A DNA stretch of 64,000 nucleotides, from NCBI GenBank assembly GCA_902573295.1, contig CACGJB010000002.1, positions 8,433 to 72,432 of the forward strand, read 5' to 3'. The first letter of the stretch is position 1; the number at the start of each line of letters is the position of its first letter. The position numbers and the translations under genes were made by a program. The notes beneath the pieces are model-generated. The model did no database searches, had not been told where the DNA came from, and saw nothing but the letters and a program-made list of their open reading frames with translations. Shown in pieces: positions 49,053-57,905 of the stretch. The DNA is from an uncultured Pelagibacteraceae bacterium (lineage in GTDB: Bacteria; Pseudomonadota; Alphaproteobacteria; Pelagibacterales; Pelagibacteraceae).

Positions 49053-50486
49053 TTAAACTTTGTCATCACTGACATAAACAGAAACACCTCTTGTATTTAA
49101 ATCTACATCAAATTTTTTATGTAATGGGGGGAATGCTCTTTGTGAACAATCTAATCTGTCACATGTTCTACAAGAAACTCCAATAGGAATTTCAGTCGAT
49201 TTATCATTTATATTTACGTTTTCAGTATAAACAAAATCTTTTGCGTATTTTGCATCACAACCAAGTCCTATAGATAAAACACTCTTGGCTTGACCAAATC
49301 GTCCGATACCTTTTTCAACAGTTCTTGCAATACAAACGTATTTTTCACCATTATTCATTTTACTTACAGCTGCTTGAATGACTCCTGGTCTAGTAAAAGC
49401 AGAATAAACATTCCATCGAGGACATGCACCACCATATCTTGGAATATCTATTCCAGATAAAGAAAATCTTTTTGAAATATTGCCTGCCATATCAACTCTT
49501 AAAAAATGAAATGGGATTCCTGGAAGTTTTGGATCTTGGAGGCAAGTTACTCTATGAGCAACTTGTTCAAAAGAAGTTGCAAAAGTATTTTGAAGTAACT
49601 CTAAATCATATTTAAGTTTTTTACACTCTGAATGAAATAATTTATAAGGCATTAAAATAGCAGCTCCACAGTAATTTAACAAAGCCACTGTTGTTAATTT
49701 TTTGGACTCTTCAGACGGGAAACTGAATTTGGAAAGGTAGTCATCAATTTCTTTCTTTGCACCCTCTTGAGCTATTTGAGCAGCTGCATGTAATTTTTTT
49801 GTTTCTAACGAACTGTAATCGCTTAGTAATAATTCTTTTTTATTTTTATTATAAATTTTAGAGAAAGGTTTACTTTCATCAGGAATAACATCTTTTACTT
49901 TAATTGAATATTCTGAATATAAATATTCACATAAAGCTATATATCTTGTACGGTTATTTTTTTGAATTTTATCAAATACTTTATTTGCAAACTCTTCTAG
50001 CTTTGGAAAGTAATTTTTATTATCTTGTAAAAAATCTGAAATAACTTCTCCTGGAAAAGAATTTTTTCTATTATCAACAATTTTTCCAGATATTTTTTCT
50101 ATCTTGTTAATTAACTCATGATCTTTTTTTTTTAAGATATCGCCAAGTCTAACAATTGCTTTTCCAATTTTTGGATTGGTACTAACTAAGTCTTTTACTT
50201 CCGGACCTAAAATATCTAAATCTTCAAATAAACTATCATCTAAAATTTCTGAAATTGTATTTTGAAGATTTATATCTGTTTTTGAAGTAAGATCTGATAA
50301 CTGAATATTTAATCTTTCACACAAATTTAATAATAAATCCCCATCAATTTTCCTTTTTCCGCTTTCAATTAAATTTAAATAACTTGGAGAAATGTTTAAA
50401 TCTTCAGCTAACTTGTTAGCTTGAAGACCTTGTTGTCTTCTAAAAGACTTGATTTTTGGCCCTATTTTTAAATCTATTTGACTCAT
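49053..50486 (-). CDS. RamB/ScfR family XRE regulator (short-chain acyl-CoA regulator)
   Basis: N-terminal HTH (ISPSYLNLIE), SFEQVAHR, GGACPRWN, C-terminal CRTCDRLDCSQRAFP; divergent from aceA. Confidence 0.92.
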   Translation of the reverse strand: MSQIDLKIGPKIKSFRRQQGLQANKLAEDLNISPSYLNLIESGKRKIDGDLLLNLCERLNIQLSDLTSKTDINLQNTISEILDDSLFEDLDILGPEVKDLVSTNPKIGKAIVRLGDILKKKDHELINKIEKISGKIVDNRKNSFPGEVISDFLQDNKNYFPKLEEFANKVFDKIQKNNRTRYIALCEYLYSEYSIKVKDVIPDESKPFSKIYNKNKKELLLSDYSSLETKKLHAAAQIAQEGAKKEIDDYLSKFSFPSEESKKLTTVALLNYCGAAILMPYKLFHSECKKLKYDLELLQNTFATSFEQVAHRVTCLQDPKLPGIPFHFLRVDMAGNISKRFSLSGIDIPRYGGACPRWNVYSAFTRPGVIQAAVSKMNNGEKYVCIARTVEKGIGRFGQAKSVLSIGLGCDAKYAKDFVYTENVNINDKSTEIPIGVSCRTCDRLDCSQRAFPPLHKKFDVDLNTRGVSVYVSDDKV

Positions 50487-50494
50487 ATTTACTA

Positions 50495-50585
50495 TTTGTA
50501 AATTTTGTAAATTTTTTTTTACAATAATTTTTATTGATTTACAAGACTTTTTAACGTTTTTTATAGATATTGTAAATTTTGTAAA
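50495..50585. promoter_or_regulatory. Candidate RamB-family operators in the regulator/aceA divergent promoter
   Basis: TTGTAAATTTTGTAAA twice (50496-50511, 50570-50585) plus inverted TTTACAA at 50518 and 50538. Confidence 0.65.
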
Positions 50586-50598
50586 ATATATAATTTAT

Positions 50599-50760
50599 AT
50601 GGATAAAAATTTAAAAAACACTGAAAATGAAGCTCAAATCATAAAAAAAGAAGACTTAGATCATCATAATAGCAGAGGAATATACATGAGAGATGATCAT
50701 TGTGATTGGGGTTCAAGTGGAATGAGTGAGCTAATCAAAGCCTTAGACGATAGCAACTAA
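50599..50760 (+). CDS. Small hypothetical protein upstream of aceA (53 aa)
   Basis: Read manually: MDKNLKNTENEAQIIKKEDLDHHNSRGIYMRDDHCDWGSSGMSELIKALDDSN. Confidence 0.65.
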   Translation: MDKNLKNTENEAQIIKKEDLDHHNSRGIYMRDDHCDWGSSGMSELIKALDDSN

Positions 50761-50811
50761 TTCATTCTTCTTATTCAATTTTCTAAATAAAAATACAAAG
50801 GAAACTAAAAA

Positions 50812-52086
50812 ATGAGTGCAGAAAATATCTCATACGACTTAAAAAGATTTGCTGGAATAAAAAGAGACTACACTGATGAGGAAGTTGAAAGATTAAGGGG
50901 CTCAATTAAAATTGAATATTCTTTATGTAAAAACCAATCTCAAAAACTTTGGAAGTTATTAAATTCTGAACCATATGTAAATACACTTGGATCTCTATCA
51001 GGTAATCAAGCAGTCCAACATGCAAAAGCTGGTTTAAAAGCAATTTATTTAAGTGGATGGCAAGTTGCTGCTGATGCAAATACAGCTGGGGAGATGTATC
51101 CAGATCAATCACTGTATCCTTATGACAGTGCACCAAAATTAGTTGAGTCTATGAATAATTCTTTAATCAGAGCTGATCAAATTCAACATATGGAAATACA
51201 AGACGGTGATATGAAAAAAGAAGGTAGAACAGATTACATGTTGCCTATTATTGCTGATGGTGAAGCTGGATTTGGTGGTCCATTAAATGTGTTTGAGTTA
51301 ACTAAAAAATTTATAAGAGCAGGTGCTGCAGGTGTACACTTTGAAGACCAACTAGCTAGTGAAAAAAAATGTGGTCATATGGGTGGTAAAGTTTTGGTAC
51401 CAACAGGAACAATGGTAAAAAATCTTAAAGCTGCAAGACTAGCTGCTGATATTGCGGAAGTTCCATTAATTATTTTAGCTAGAACAGATGCAAATGCAGC
51501 AAAATTAATTACGAATGATTTTGATCAAAATGATAAACCTTTTTTAACAGGTGAAAGATCTCCTGAAGGTTTTCATTATGTAAAGGATGGTATTGAACAA
51601 GCTATCTCTAGAGGTTTAGCTTATGCTCCTTATGCTGATTTAATTTGGTGTGAGACTGCAACACCTAATTTAGCTGAAGCTAAAAGATTTGCTGATGCAA
51701 TACATGAAAAATTTCCTGGAAAACTTTTAGCTTATAATTGTTCTCCATCATTTAATTGGAAAAAACATTTAAGTGATGATGAGATTGCTTCATTTCAACA
51801 AGAAATTGCTAAAATGGGTTACAAGTTTCAGTTCATTACTCTTGCTGGATTTCATACTCAAAATATTGCTATCTTTGAACTTGCTGAAAAATATAGAAAA
51901 GAAGGTATGGCCGCATACTCTAGAATTCAACAACAAGAATTTGCTCGAGAAAAAGATGGTTATACTAGTGTAAAACACCAACGAGAAGTTGGTACATCTT
52001 ATTTTGATGCAGTATCAAACACAATTAGCAGTGGTCAAAGTTCGACTACTGCAATGGCTGGCTCAACAGAGTCTGAACAGTTTTAA
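50812..52086 (+). CDS. aceA: Isocitrate lyase
   Basis: [35 protein letters not shown]. Confidence 0.98.
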   Translation: MSAENISYDLKRFAGIKRDYTDEEVERLRGSIKIEYSLCKNQSQKLWKLLNSEPYVNTLGSLSGNQAVQHAKAGLKAIYLSGWQVAADANTAGEMYPDQSLYPYDSAPKLVESMNNSLIRADQIQHMEIQDGDMKKEGRTDYMLPIIADGEAGFGGPLNVFELTKKFIRAGAAGVHFEDQLASEKKCGHMGGKVLVPTGTMVKNLKAARLAADIAEVPLIILARTDANAAKLITNDFDQNDKPFLTGERSPEGFHYVKDGIEQAISRGLAYAPYADLIWCETATPNLAEAKRFADAIHEKFPGKLLAYNCSPSFNWKKHLSDDEIASFQQEIAKMGYKFQFITLAGFHTQNIAIFELAEKYRKEGMAAYSRIQQQEFAREKDGYTSVKHQREVGTSYFDAVSNTISSGQSSTTAMAGSTESEQF

Positions 52087-52115
52087 AAAAAATAAATCCC
52101 TCTCCATTATTTTTT

Positions 52116-52142
52116 AATAGCCCTTAATTGGGCTATTTTTTA
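52116..52142 (+). terminator. Intrinsic terminator after aceA
   Basis: AATAGCCC-ttaatt-GGGCTATT followed by a T-run. Confidence 0.85.
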
Positions 52143-52177
52143 TTTGTAAATTATAATTGGACTGATAAATCACTCAC

Positions 52178-53317
52178 ATGAGTAACAAAAACTTTGGTTT
52201 TGGAACACAAATCAGAAAATCTCCATATTTTGACTCGACCGTTAAATGGGGGGCAACAGGATTTTCTGTTTATAATCATATGTATATTCCAAGAGACTTT
52301 GGAAGTCCTGAGCAAAATTTTTGGAACCTTATTGAAAAATCAATTTTATGTGATGTAGGTGTTGAACGACAGGTAGAAATAACTGGTCCTGATGCTTATA
52401 AATTTACTCAACTTTTAACCCCAAGAGATTTGTCAAAATTATCAGTAGGGCAATGTAAATATGTATTGGTTGTTAATAATGATGGTGGAATTTTAAACGA
52501 TCCAGTTTTATTAAGATTAGCAGAAAATCATTTTTGGTTATCACTTGCAGACAGTGATGTTTTGTTATGGGCACAAGGAGTTGCTGTTAACTCTGGATTA
52601 AATGTAAAAATATCTGAGCCGGACGTCTCTCCTTTACAATTGCAAGGCCCTACCTCACAAGAAATCATGGCTAAGTTATTTGGTCAGAGTATAAGAGATC
52701 TAAAATATTATTGGCTCAGAGAATATAATCTTGATGGAATTCCACTAATTGTTTCAAGAACAGGTTGGTCAAGTGAACTTGGTTATGAAATATATTTAAG
52801 AGATGGTTCTAAAGGAAATGATTTATATGAAAAAATTATGGCTGCTGGTGAAGAACATGGAATTAAACCAGGTCATACATCGTCTATAAGAAGAATTGAA
52901 GGTGGGATGCTTTCATATCATGCAGATGCTGATATTCATACTAATCCATTTGAATTAGGATTAGATCGTTTAGTTAATCTAGATTCAGAAATTAATTTTG
53001 TAGGAAAAAAAGCATTAAAAAAAATAAAGGAAAATGGAATATCTCGTAAACAAGTTGGTATTGTAATTGACTGTGAACCATTATCAGGACCTAACACAAC
53101 TTTTTGGACAATAAAAAAAGGTGGAAAACAAATTGGCAAAGTAACTTCTGCAGTTTATTCGCCAAGATTAAAAAAGAATATTGCCCTGGCGATGGTCGAG
53201 ATTAATTTTTCACATATTGGAACTAATTTAGAAGTTGTTACGCATGAAGGAAATTTTAATTCAACCGTTGTTGAGAAACCTTTTTATGATCCAAAAAAGA
53301 AAATAGCTAGTAGTTAA
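52178..53317 (+). CDS. GcvT-family aminomethyltransferase, DmdA-like paralog
   Basis: VYNHM, ERQVEITGPD, NDPVLL, SRTGWS, RRIEGG. Confidence 0.85.
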   Translation: MSNKNFGFGTQIRKSPYFDSTVKWGATGFSVYNHMYIPRDFGSPEQNFWNLIEKSILCDVGVERQVEITGPDAYKFTQLLTPRDLSKLSVGQCKYVLVVNNDGGILNDPVLLRLAENHFWLSLADSDVLLWAQGVAVNSGLNVKISEPDVSPLQLQGPTSQEIMAKLFGQSIRDLKYYWLREYNLDGIPLIVSRTGWSSELGYEIYLRDGSKGNDLYEKIMAAGEEHGIKPGHTSSIRRIEGGMLSYHADADIHTNPFELGLDRLVNLDSEINFVGKKALKKIKENGISRKQVGIVIDCEPLSGPNTTFWTIKKGGKQIGKVTSAVYSPRLKKNIALAMVEINFSHIGTNLEVVTHEGNFNSTVVEKPFYDPKKKIASS

Positions 53318-54081
53318 GATTTAATATTATAGCCTTTTTTAAGTAATACTGTAACAACTGTTACACAAGCAACCAAAAATACAACCATAGAAATTATACT
53401 TACCCAAATATTAAAGTCCGATACTCCATAAAAAGCAAATCTAAGACCATTAATTAAATAAACTACTGGATTAAAATAAGTTACTGTCTGCCAAAATTCT
53501 GGTAGCATATCTAATGAGTACAAGCTACCCCCCAAAAATACCATTGGTGTAATAACTAAGGTCGGAATAATAGACATTTGTTCGAAATTAGAACTCATTA
53601 AACCTATTAAGAAACCAAATAATGCAAATGTAAATGCAACCAATACTAATAAAAAAATCATTAATAGTGGATACATGACGTTGACTTCTACAAAGAATGT
53701 TGAGGTAATAAATATTACAACACCTACAATGAGAGTTTTAGTTGCTCCTGCTCCAACAAAAGCTAGAACAATTTCAAAAGTAGAAATTGGTGCTGCTAAA
53801 ATTTCATAAATAGTTCCATTAAACTTAGGAAAAAAAATGCCAAATGATGTGTTACTGATAGATTGAGTTAAAAGAGTAAGCATCAACAAACCTGGAACTA
53901 TGTATGATCCATAACTAATTCCATCAATATTTTCAACGTATCCACCGATAACAGAACCAAATACTATGAAGTATAAGGAGGTAGATAAAACTGGAGAAAA
54001 AAGAGACTGCATCAAAGTTCTTTTGAACCGATCCATCTCATGAAGATAAATTGCACTAAAAGCTTGAAAATTAAACTTCAT
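53314..54081 (-). CDS. ABC-2 transporter permease (YadH-like)
   Basis: LYFIVFG, IVPGL, FLGG, NPVVYLING. Confidence 0.9.
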   Translation of the reverse strand: MKFNFQAFSAIYLHEMDRFKRTLMQSLFSPVLSTSLYFIVFGSVIGGYVENIDGISYGSYIVPGLLMLTLLTQSISNTSFGIFFPKFNGTIYEILAAPISTFEIVLAFVGAGATKTLIVGVVIFITSTFFVEVNVMYPLLMIFLLVLVAFTFALFGFLIGLMSSNFEQMSIIPTLVITPMVFLGGSLYSLDMLPEFWQTVTYFNPVVYLINGLRFAFYGVSDFNIWVSIISMVVFLVACVTVVTVLLKKGYNIKS

Positions 54082-55031
54082 TATTATCCTTTACTAAAGA
54101 AACAAATATTTTTTCCAATGTTGTCTGTTCTGTTTTTAAATCTTGTAATTTTAAATTTGCATCTTTTAAATCTTGAAGCAAGTTGGTTATACCCGTGCTC
54201 TTAGCCATCACATTGTATGTATAGTTTATCGATTTTTTGTCCTTACCAATTTCAAGATTATACTTATTTAAACTTAATGGTATTTCATTTATTTCATTTT
54301 GAAGGTCAACTGTAAGCTTTTTATGACCCATTTTTTTTAATAATTCATTTGTTTCATCAACAACAATTATTTCACCTTGATTAATAACACCTACCCTATC
54401 TGCAATAGCCTCTGCCTCCTCAATATAGTGAGTTGTAAGAATAATTGTTACACCAGTTTTTTCTTAATGACTCAACGACTTTCCACATATCTTGCCGTAG
54501 TTCGACATCAACACCAGCAGTAGGTTCATCTAAAAATAAAATTGTTGGTTCATGTGATAATGCTTTTGCGATTAAAACTCTACGCTTCATTCCTCCTGAT
54601 AATTGATTGAGTCTTAAATCTTTTTTATCCCATAAGCTTAAATCTTTTAAAACTTTTTCAATATATTTTGGATCGGGTTTTTTTCCATATAACCCTCTTG
54701 AATAAGATACGTTATTAAAAACGGTTTCAAATTGTTCCAAAGTTAACTCTTGTGGTACAAGCCCAATCCTTGATCTTGTTTCTCTGTAATCCTTGATAAT
54801 ATCAAAATCATCAACTGTAACCTTTCCTGATGATGGACGGACTATTCCACAAATAATGCTTATAAGTGTTGTTTTGCCAGCACCATTAGGTCCAAGCATT
54901 GCAAAAATTTCACCTTTTTTAATATTAAGGTTGATTTTCTTGAGAGCTTCAAATCCATTATCGTAAACTTTTGATAAATTATCGATATTTATTAGATTAC
55001 TAGACATAAGATCATCCATATATAGAGACAA
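54071..55031 (-). pseudogene. ABC transporter ATP-binding protein (YadG-like) split by a 1-nt frameshift
   Basis: Walker A and LSGG in the 5' ORF. The expected [21 protein letters not shown] continues in another frame after an A6 run at 54457-54462. Confidence 0.85.
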
Positions 55032-55074
55032 TTTATGGTATTACAATAAATTAAAATTTACCTTAATTTATGTA

Positions 55075-55443
55075 ATGAAAAAATTTTTAGTATTTATTTG
55101 TTTTGTATTGGCGTTAAGCACCAAAGCAGTTGGTAAAGAAACAACTTACAGTAAAGAGTCATTTGATAAAGCCCTATCTGATGGAAAAGTTGTAGTTGTA
55201 AGTTCTTGGATTAAATATTGTAGTTCTTGTGCAAGCCAGATGAAAGTTCTTGAAAAAGCAAAAAATGATTTTGATAATATGGAATACTTTGCTTTTGATG
55301 TAACAAATAAAGAAATTGCTCAATTTTTTAACGTTCAATATCAAACAACACTTTTAATTTTTAAAGATAATAAAGAAGTTTACAGAAGTATTGGTGAGAC
55401 TACCAAAGAACTCATTTACGACGCTTTAAAATCCTCTATCTAA
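55075..55443 (+). CDS. Exported thioredoxin family protein
   Basis: Signal peptide, CSSC. Confidence 0.8.
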   Translation: MKKFLVFICFVLALSTKAVGKETTYSKESFDKALSDGKVVVVSSWIKYCSSCASQMKVLEKAKNDFDNMEYFAFDVTNKEIAQFFNVQYQTTLLIFKDNKEVYRSIGETTKELIYDALKSSI

Positions 55444-56875
55444 ATTTAATTTTTAGAATTATTGCGGGTAAAAAAGTTGCAATTAAAAAAGATAAAAATA
55501 ATAAAGATTGACCTATGAAAGGTGAAAACAAGTCTTTAGAAATAAATACTCCCACTAATAAACTTTTGGAAAAATCAGGAAATGGAAACATTAAAAATCC
55601 AGCAACTAAACCAATTATAATTGAAAAATAAGCAGTTTTTTCATCAACTTTATTATAGAAACTATAAAAAACAGTCACTACAAACGCACAACAAAATAAA
55701 TCAGCGAGAAGGAATAAATATAAAATATCAAATCCTTTTGAAGCAACTCCAAAAGCAATTACAGACAAAATTAAAATGAAATATTTAGATATTTTTAAAT
55801 AATCAGTTTTTTTATCTAGGTTAAAAGTCGCTTTGCCATCAACTACAAACAAACTAGAAATAGCATTAACTAAAGTGTCCACAGTTGAAATAGTTAATGC
55901 AAGTCCAAGAATAATGATCAATAAAGATAAAATTTCTGTTTGATCTTTTAATAATAAGCTAAAAAAACCTAAATCAGGTCTAACAGACGTATCAATTGAA
56001 AATGAAACCATTCCAATAAAACCCATTAAAAAAACTATTGGAACAATAATAAAGAATGAAATTATCAAACCACTCTTTAATGTTTGATAATCTTTTGCAG
56101 CATATACTCTTTGCCAATTTCCTTGATGAAATAAATTTGTTGCTGCAACTGCTATAAAGAAAGTTAATCCAGCAGTGTATCCTGGAATATAATTTGAACT
56201 TAATAGTTGAGGATTCTTTTCATTAATTAAAGAAAAAGAAAAATTATTTCCTGAAGATGAACTAATAATTGAAATCAAAATAAACAACAAAACACCAATT
56301 ACAATCATTTGAATATTATCAGTAAATATAGATGCTCTTAATCCACCATAAAGGGTATAACTTAAAGTAGCTACCAAAACTATTAATGCTGTAATCCACA
56401 ATTCTGTCCCGGATATATAATTAATTAACACAGCAACTGCTGTTACTTCTGCACAAAGAAAAATGAACATATAAAAGATTGTCATTAACAAAATTAACTT
56501 AAATAGACTTTTACCAAATTTCTTTCTCATAAACTCAACTAAAGAAGATCCTTTTGGAAACTCATTTCTAATTTTTTTTCCAAAATAAATTAAGAAAATC
56601 ATTGGAAAAGCTGTACCTAATGCATAACCAATAACAGCACCTACTCCGCCCCAAGTAGCAGCTGCAACGGGTCCAAATAAAATCCAAGCTCCTAAAGCTG
56701 ATGCCACAAGACTTGTGGTAAGTGAAAATAACCCGATGTTTCTATTTGCAGTTAAATAATTATTAATACCCTTAAAATTTTTAGAATGAATAATTCCTAA
56801 AAAAGCAAATAATAAACTAATTGCAATTATTAATATTAATGATGTTGATTGGCTTAAAAAATATGTTTTATCCAT
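55436..56875 (-). CDS. thiV: Sodium:solute symporter, ThiV-like thiamine-precursor transporter
   Basis: SSS motifs (GGLRASIFTD, WQRVYAA, STVDT) and a TPP-type riboswitch directly upstream. Confidence 0.75.
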   Translation of the reverse strand: MDKTYFLSQSTSLILIIAISLLFAFLGIIHSKNFKGINNYLTANRNIGLFSLTTSLVASALGAWILFGPVAAATWGGVGAVIGYALGTAFPMIFLIYFGKKIRNEFPKGSSLVEFMRKKFGKSLFKLILLMTIFYMFIFLCAEVTAVAVLINYISGTELWITALIVLVATLSYTLYGGLRASIFTDNIQMIVIGVLLFILISIISSSSGNNFSFSLINEKNPQLLSSNYIPGYTAGLTFFIAVAATNLFHQGNWQRVYAAKDYQTLKSGLIISFFIIVPIVFLMGFIGMVSFSIDTSVRPDLGFFSLLLKDQTEILSLLIIILGLALTISTVDTLVNAISSLFVVDGKATFNLDKKTDYLKISKYFILILSVIAFGVASKGFDILYLFLLADLFCCAFVVTVFYSFYNKVDEKTAYFSIIIGLVAGFLMFPFPDFSKSLLVGVFISKDLFSPFIGQSLLFLSFLIATFLPAIILKIKFR

Positions 56876-56945
56876 TTTATCCCTTTCTGAATTACCGGAC
56901 AGGTTCTTAGGGTATGATCTCAGTCTGTTAAGACACCCCTTTTAA
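56876..56945 (-). promoter_or_regulatory. TPP (THI-box) riboswitch, variant
   Basis: AGGGGUG-UCUUAACAGAC-UGAGA-UCAUACCCUAAGAACCUG-UCCGGUAAUUCAGA-AAGGGA-UAAA-AUG. Confidence 0.85.
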
Positions 56946-57001
56946 TATTCATTATATTATATTAATCGATATAGCTAGTGATTTAAGTTTTGTTTCTTAA
57001 A

Positions 57002-57295
57002 TTATTTTTGATTCTTATGGTTCATTATTTCAATCATGCATTGTGTAGCATAATCTCTCCACTCAGATGAGGTTTTGTTCTTTAAGCTATTTAGATGATT
57101 TCTATTACTTTGAATGTCATCTTTATGCTTTAATTTGTCTGCTCCATTTAAGTTTTTCTCCATTTCAGACAAATTAGTTTCCATTGCTTTTATCCACTCG
57201 TTTCCAAGCTCAACACATTTTTGGTCATCTTTTTCATCACAAATTTGTTTAAAAAAATTAAAGATAACATCATCAGTATTTACTGAGGTATTCAT
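57002..57295 (-). CDS. Hypothetical protein
   Basis: 97-aa helical ORF coupled to the pentapeptide gene. Confidence 0.7.
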   Translation of the reverse strand: MNTSVNTDDVIFNFFKQICDEKDDQKCVELGNEWIKAMETNLSEMEKNLNGADKLKHKDDIQSNRNHLNSLKNKTSSEWRDYATQCMIEIMNHKNQK

Positions 57296-57298
57296 TAA

Positions 57299-57808
57299 TT
57301 ATTGTTTACAGGTACCAATAGATTCTGGACCACAAGTTTGGCCATTGGTCCAAGTAGCTCCAGTTAAATTAGCCCCATCAAAATTAGCATTGGTAATATT
57401 AGAAGATGTAAAATTAGCTTCCATTAAGTTAGAGTTTTGAAAATTTGCCTCGATTAAAGTTGCTCCCATGAAATCAACTCTAGTTAGGTTAGCTCCGGTA
57501 AAGTTAGTTTTTTCAAAATTTGCTCCAATTGAAACAGATTCATAGAGGTTAGCTCTTATAAAAGTGGACTCAGGAAAAGTTCCAAATGATAAATTTGAAG
57601 TCATCATAATACTTTTATCAAAGTTCACTTGAATAAAACTTGCAAAAGAAAGATTTGAATTTGGAAGATAACTTCCTTGTAAATCTTGAGAGTCTGAAAA
57701 TCTACAATTAGAATAATCAACACCTTCTGTTAAAGGATCATCACAAGCAGCATTTGAATTTGATAAAAATAAAAAACTTAATAAAATAATTATGATTATT
57801 TTTCTCAT
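57299..57808 (-). CDS. Exported pentapeptide repeat protein
   Basis: Signal peptide, A(N/D)(L/F)xx repeats, terminal cysteines. Confidence 0.92.
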   Translation of the reverse strand: MRKIIIIILLSFLFLSNSNAACDDPLTEGVDYSNCRFSDSQDLQGSYLPNSNLSFASFIQVNFDKSIMMTSNLSFGTFPESTFIRANLYESVSIGANFEKTNFTGANLTRVDFMGATLIEANFQNSNLMEANFTSSNITNANFDGANLTGATWTNGQTCGPESIGTCKQ

Positions 57809-57905
57809 AATAAAAGTTAACAAATAAAATATGTCAAAACAATGTATGATTTGAGCTAACTAGGAGAGTTTATTTTATGGCTTTTTACCATTTTTAAGCT
57901 TCTCA

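Noticed and set aside
52178-53317. Calling this gene dmdA or gcvT
   Set aside because: The sequence differs from canonical DmdA as recalled and lacks glycine-cleavage context
57330-57700. Periodic DNA repeats suggesting an array
   Set aside because: Explained by pentapeptide-repeat coding sequence
57845-57870. SAM-II/SAM-V riboswitch suggested by GATTTGAGC...GCTAA...AGGAG
   Set aside because: Too short, no P1 stem or pseudoknot, and no downstream gene on that strand
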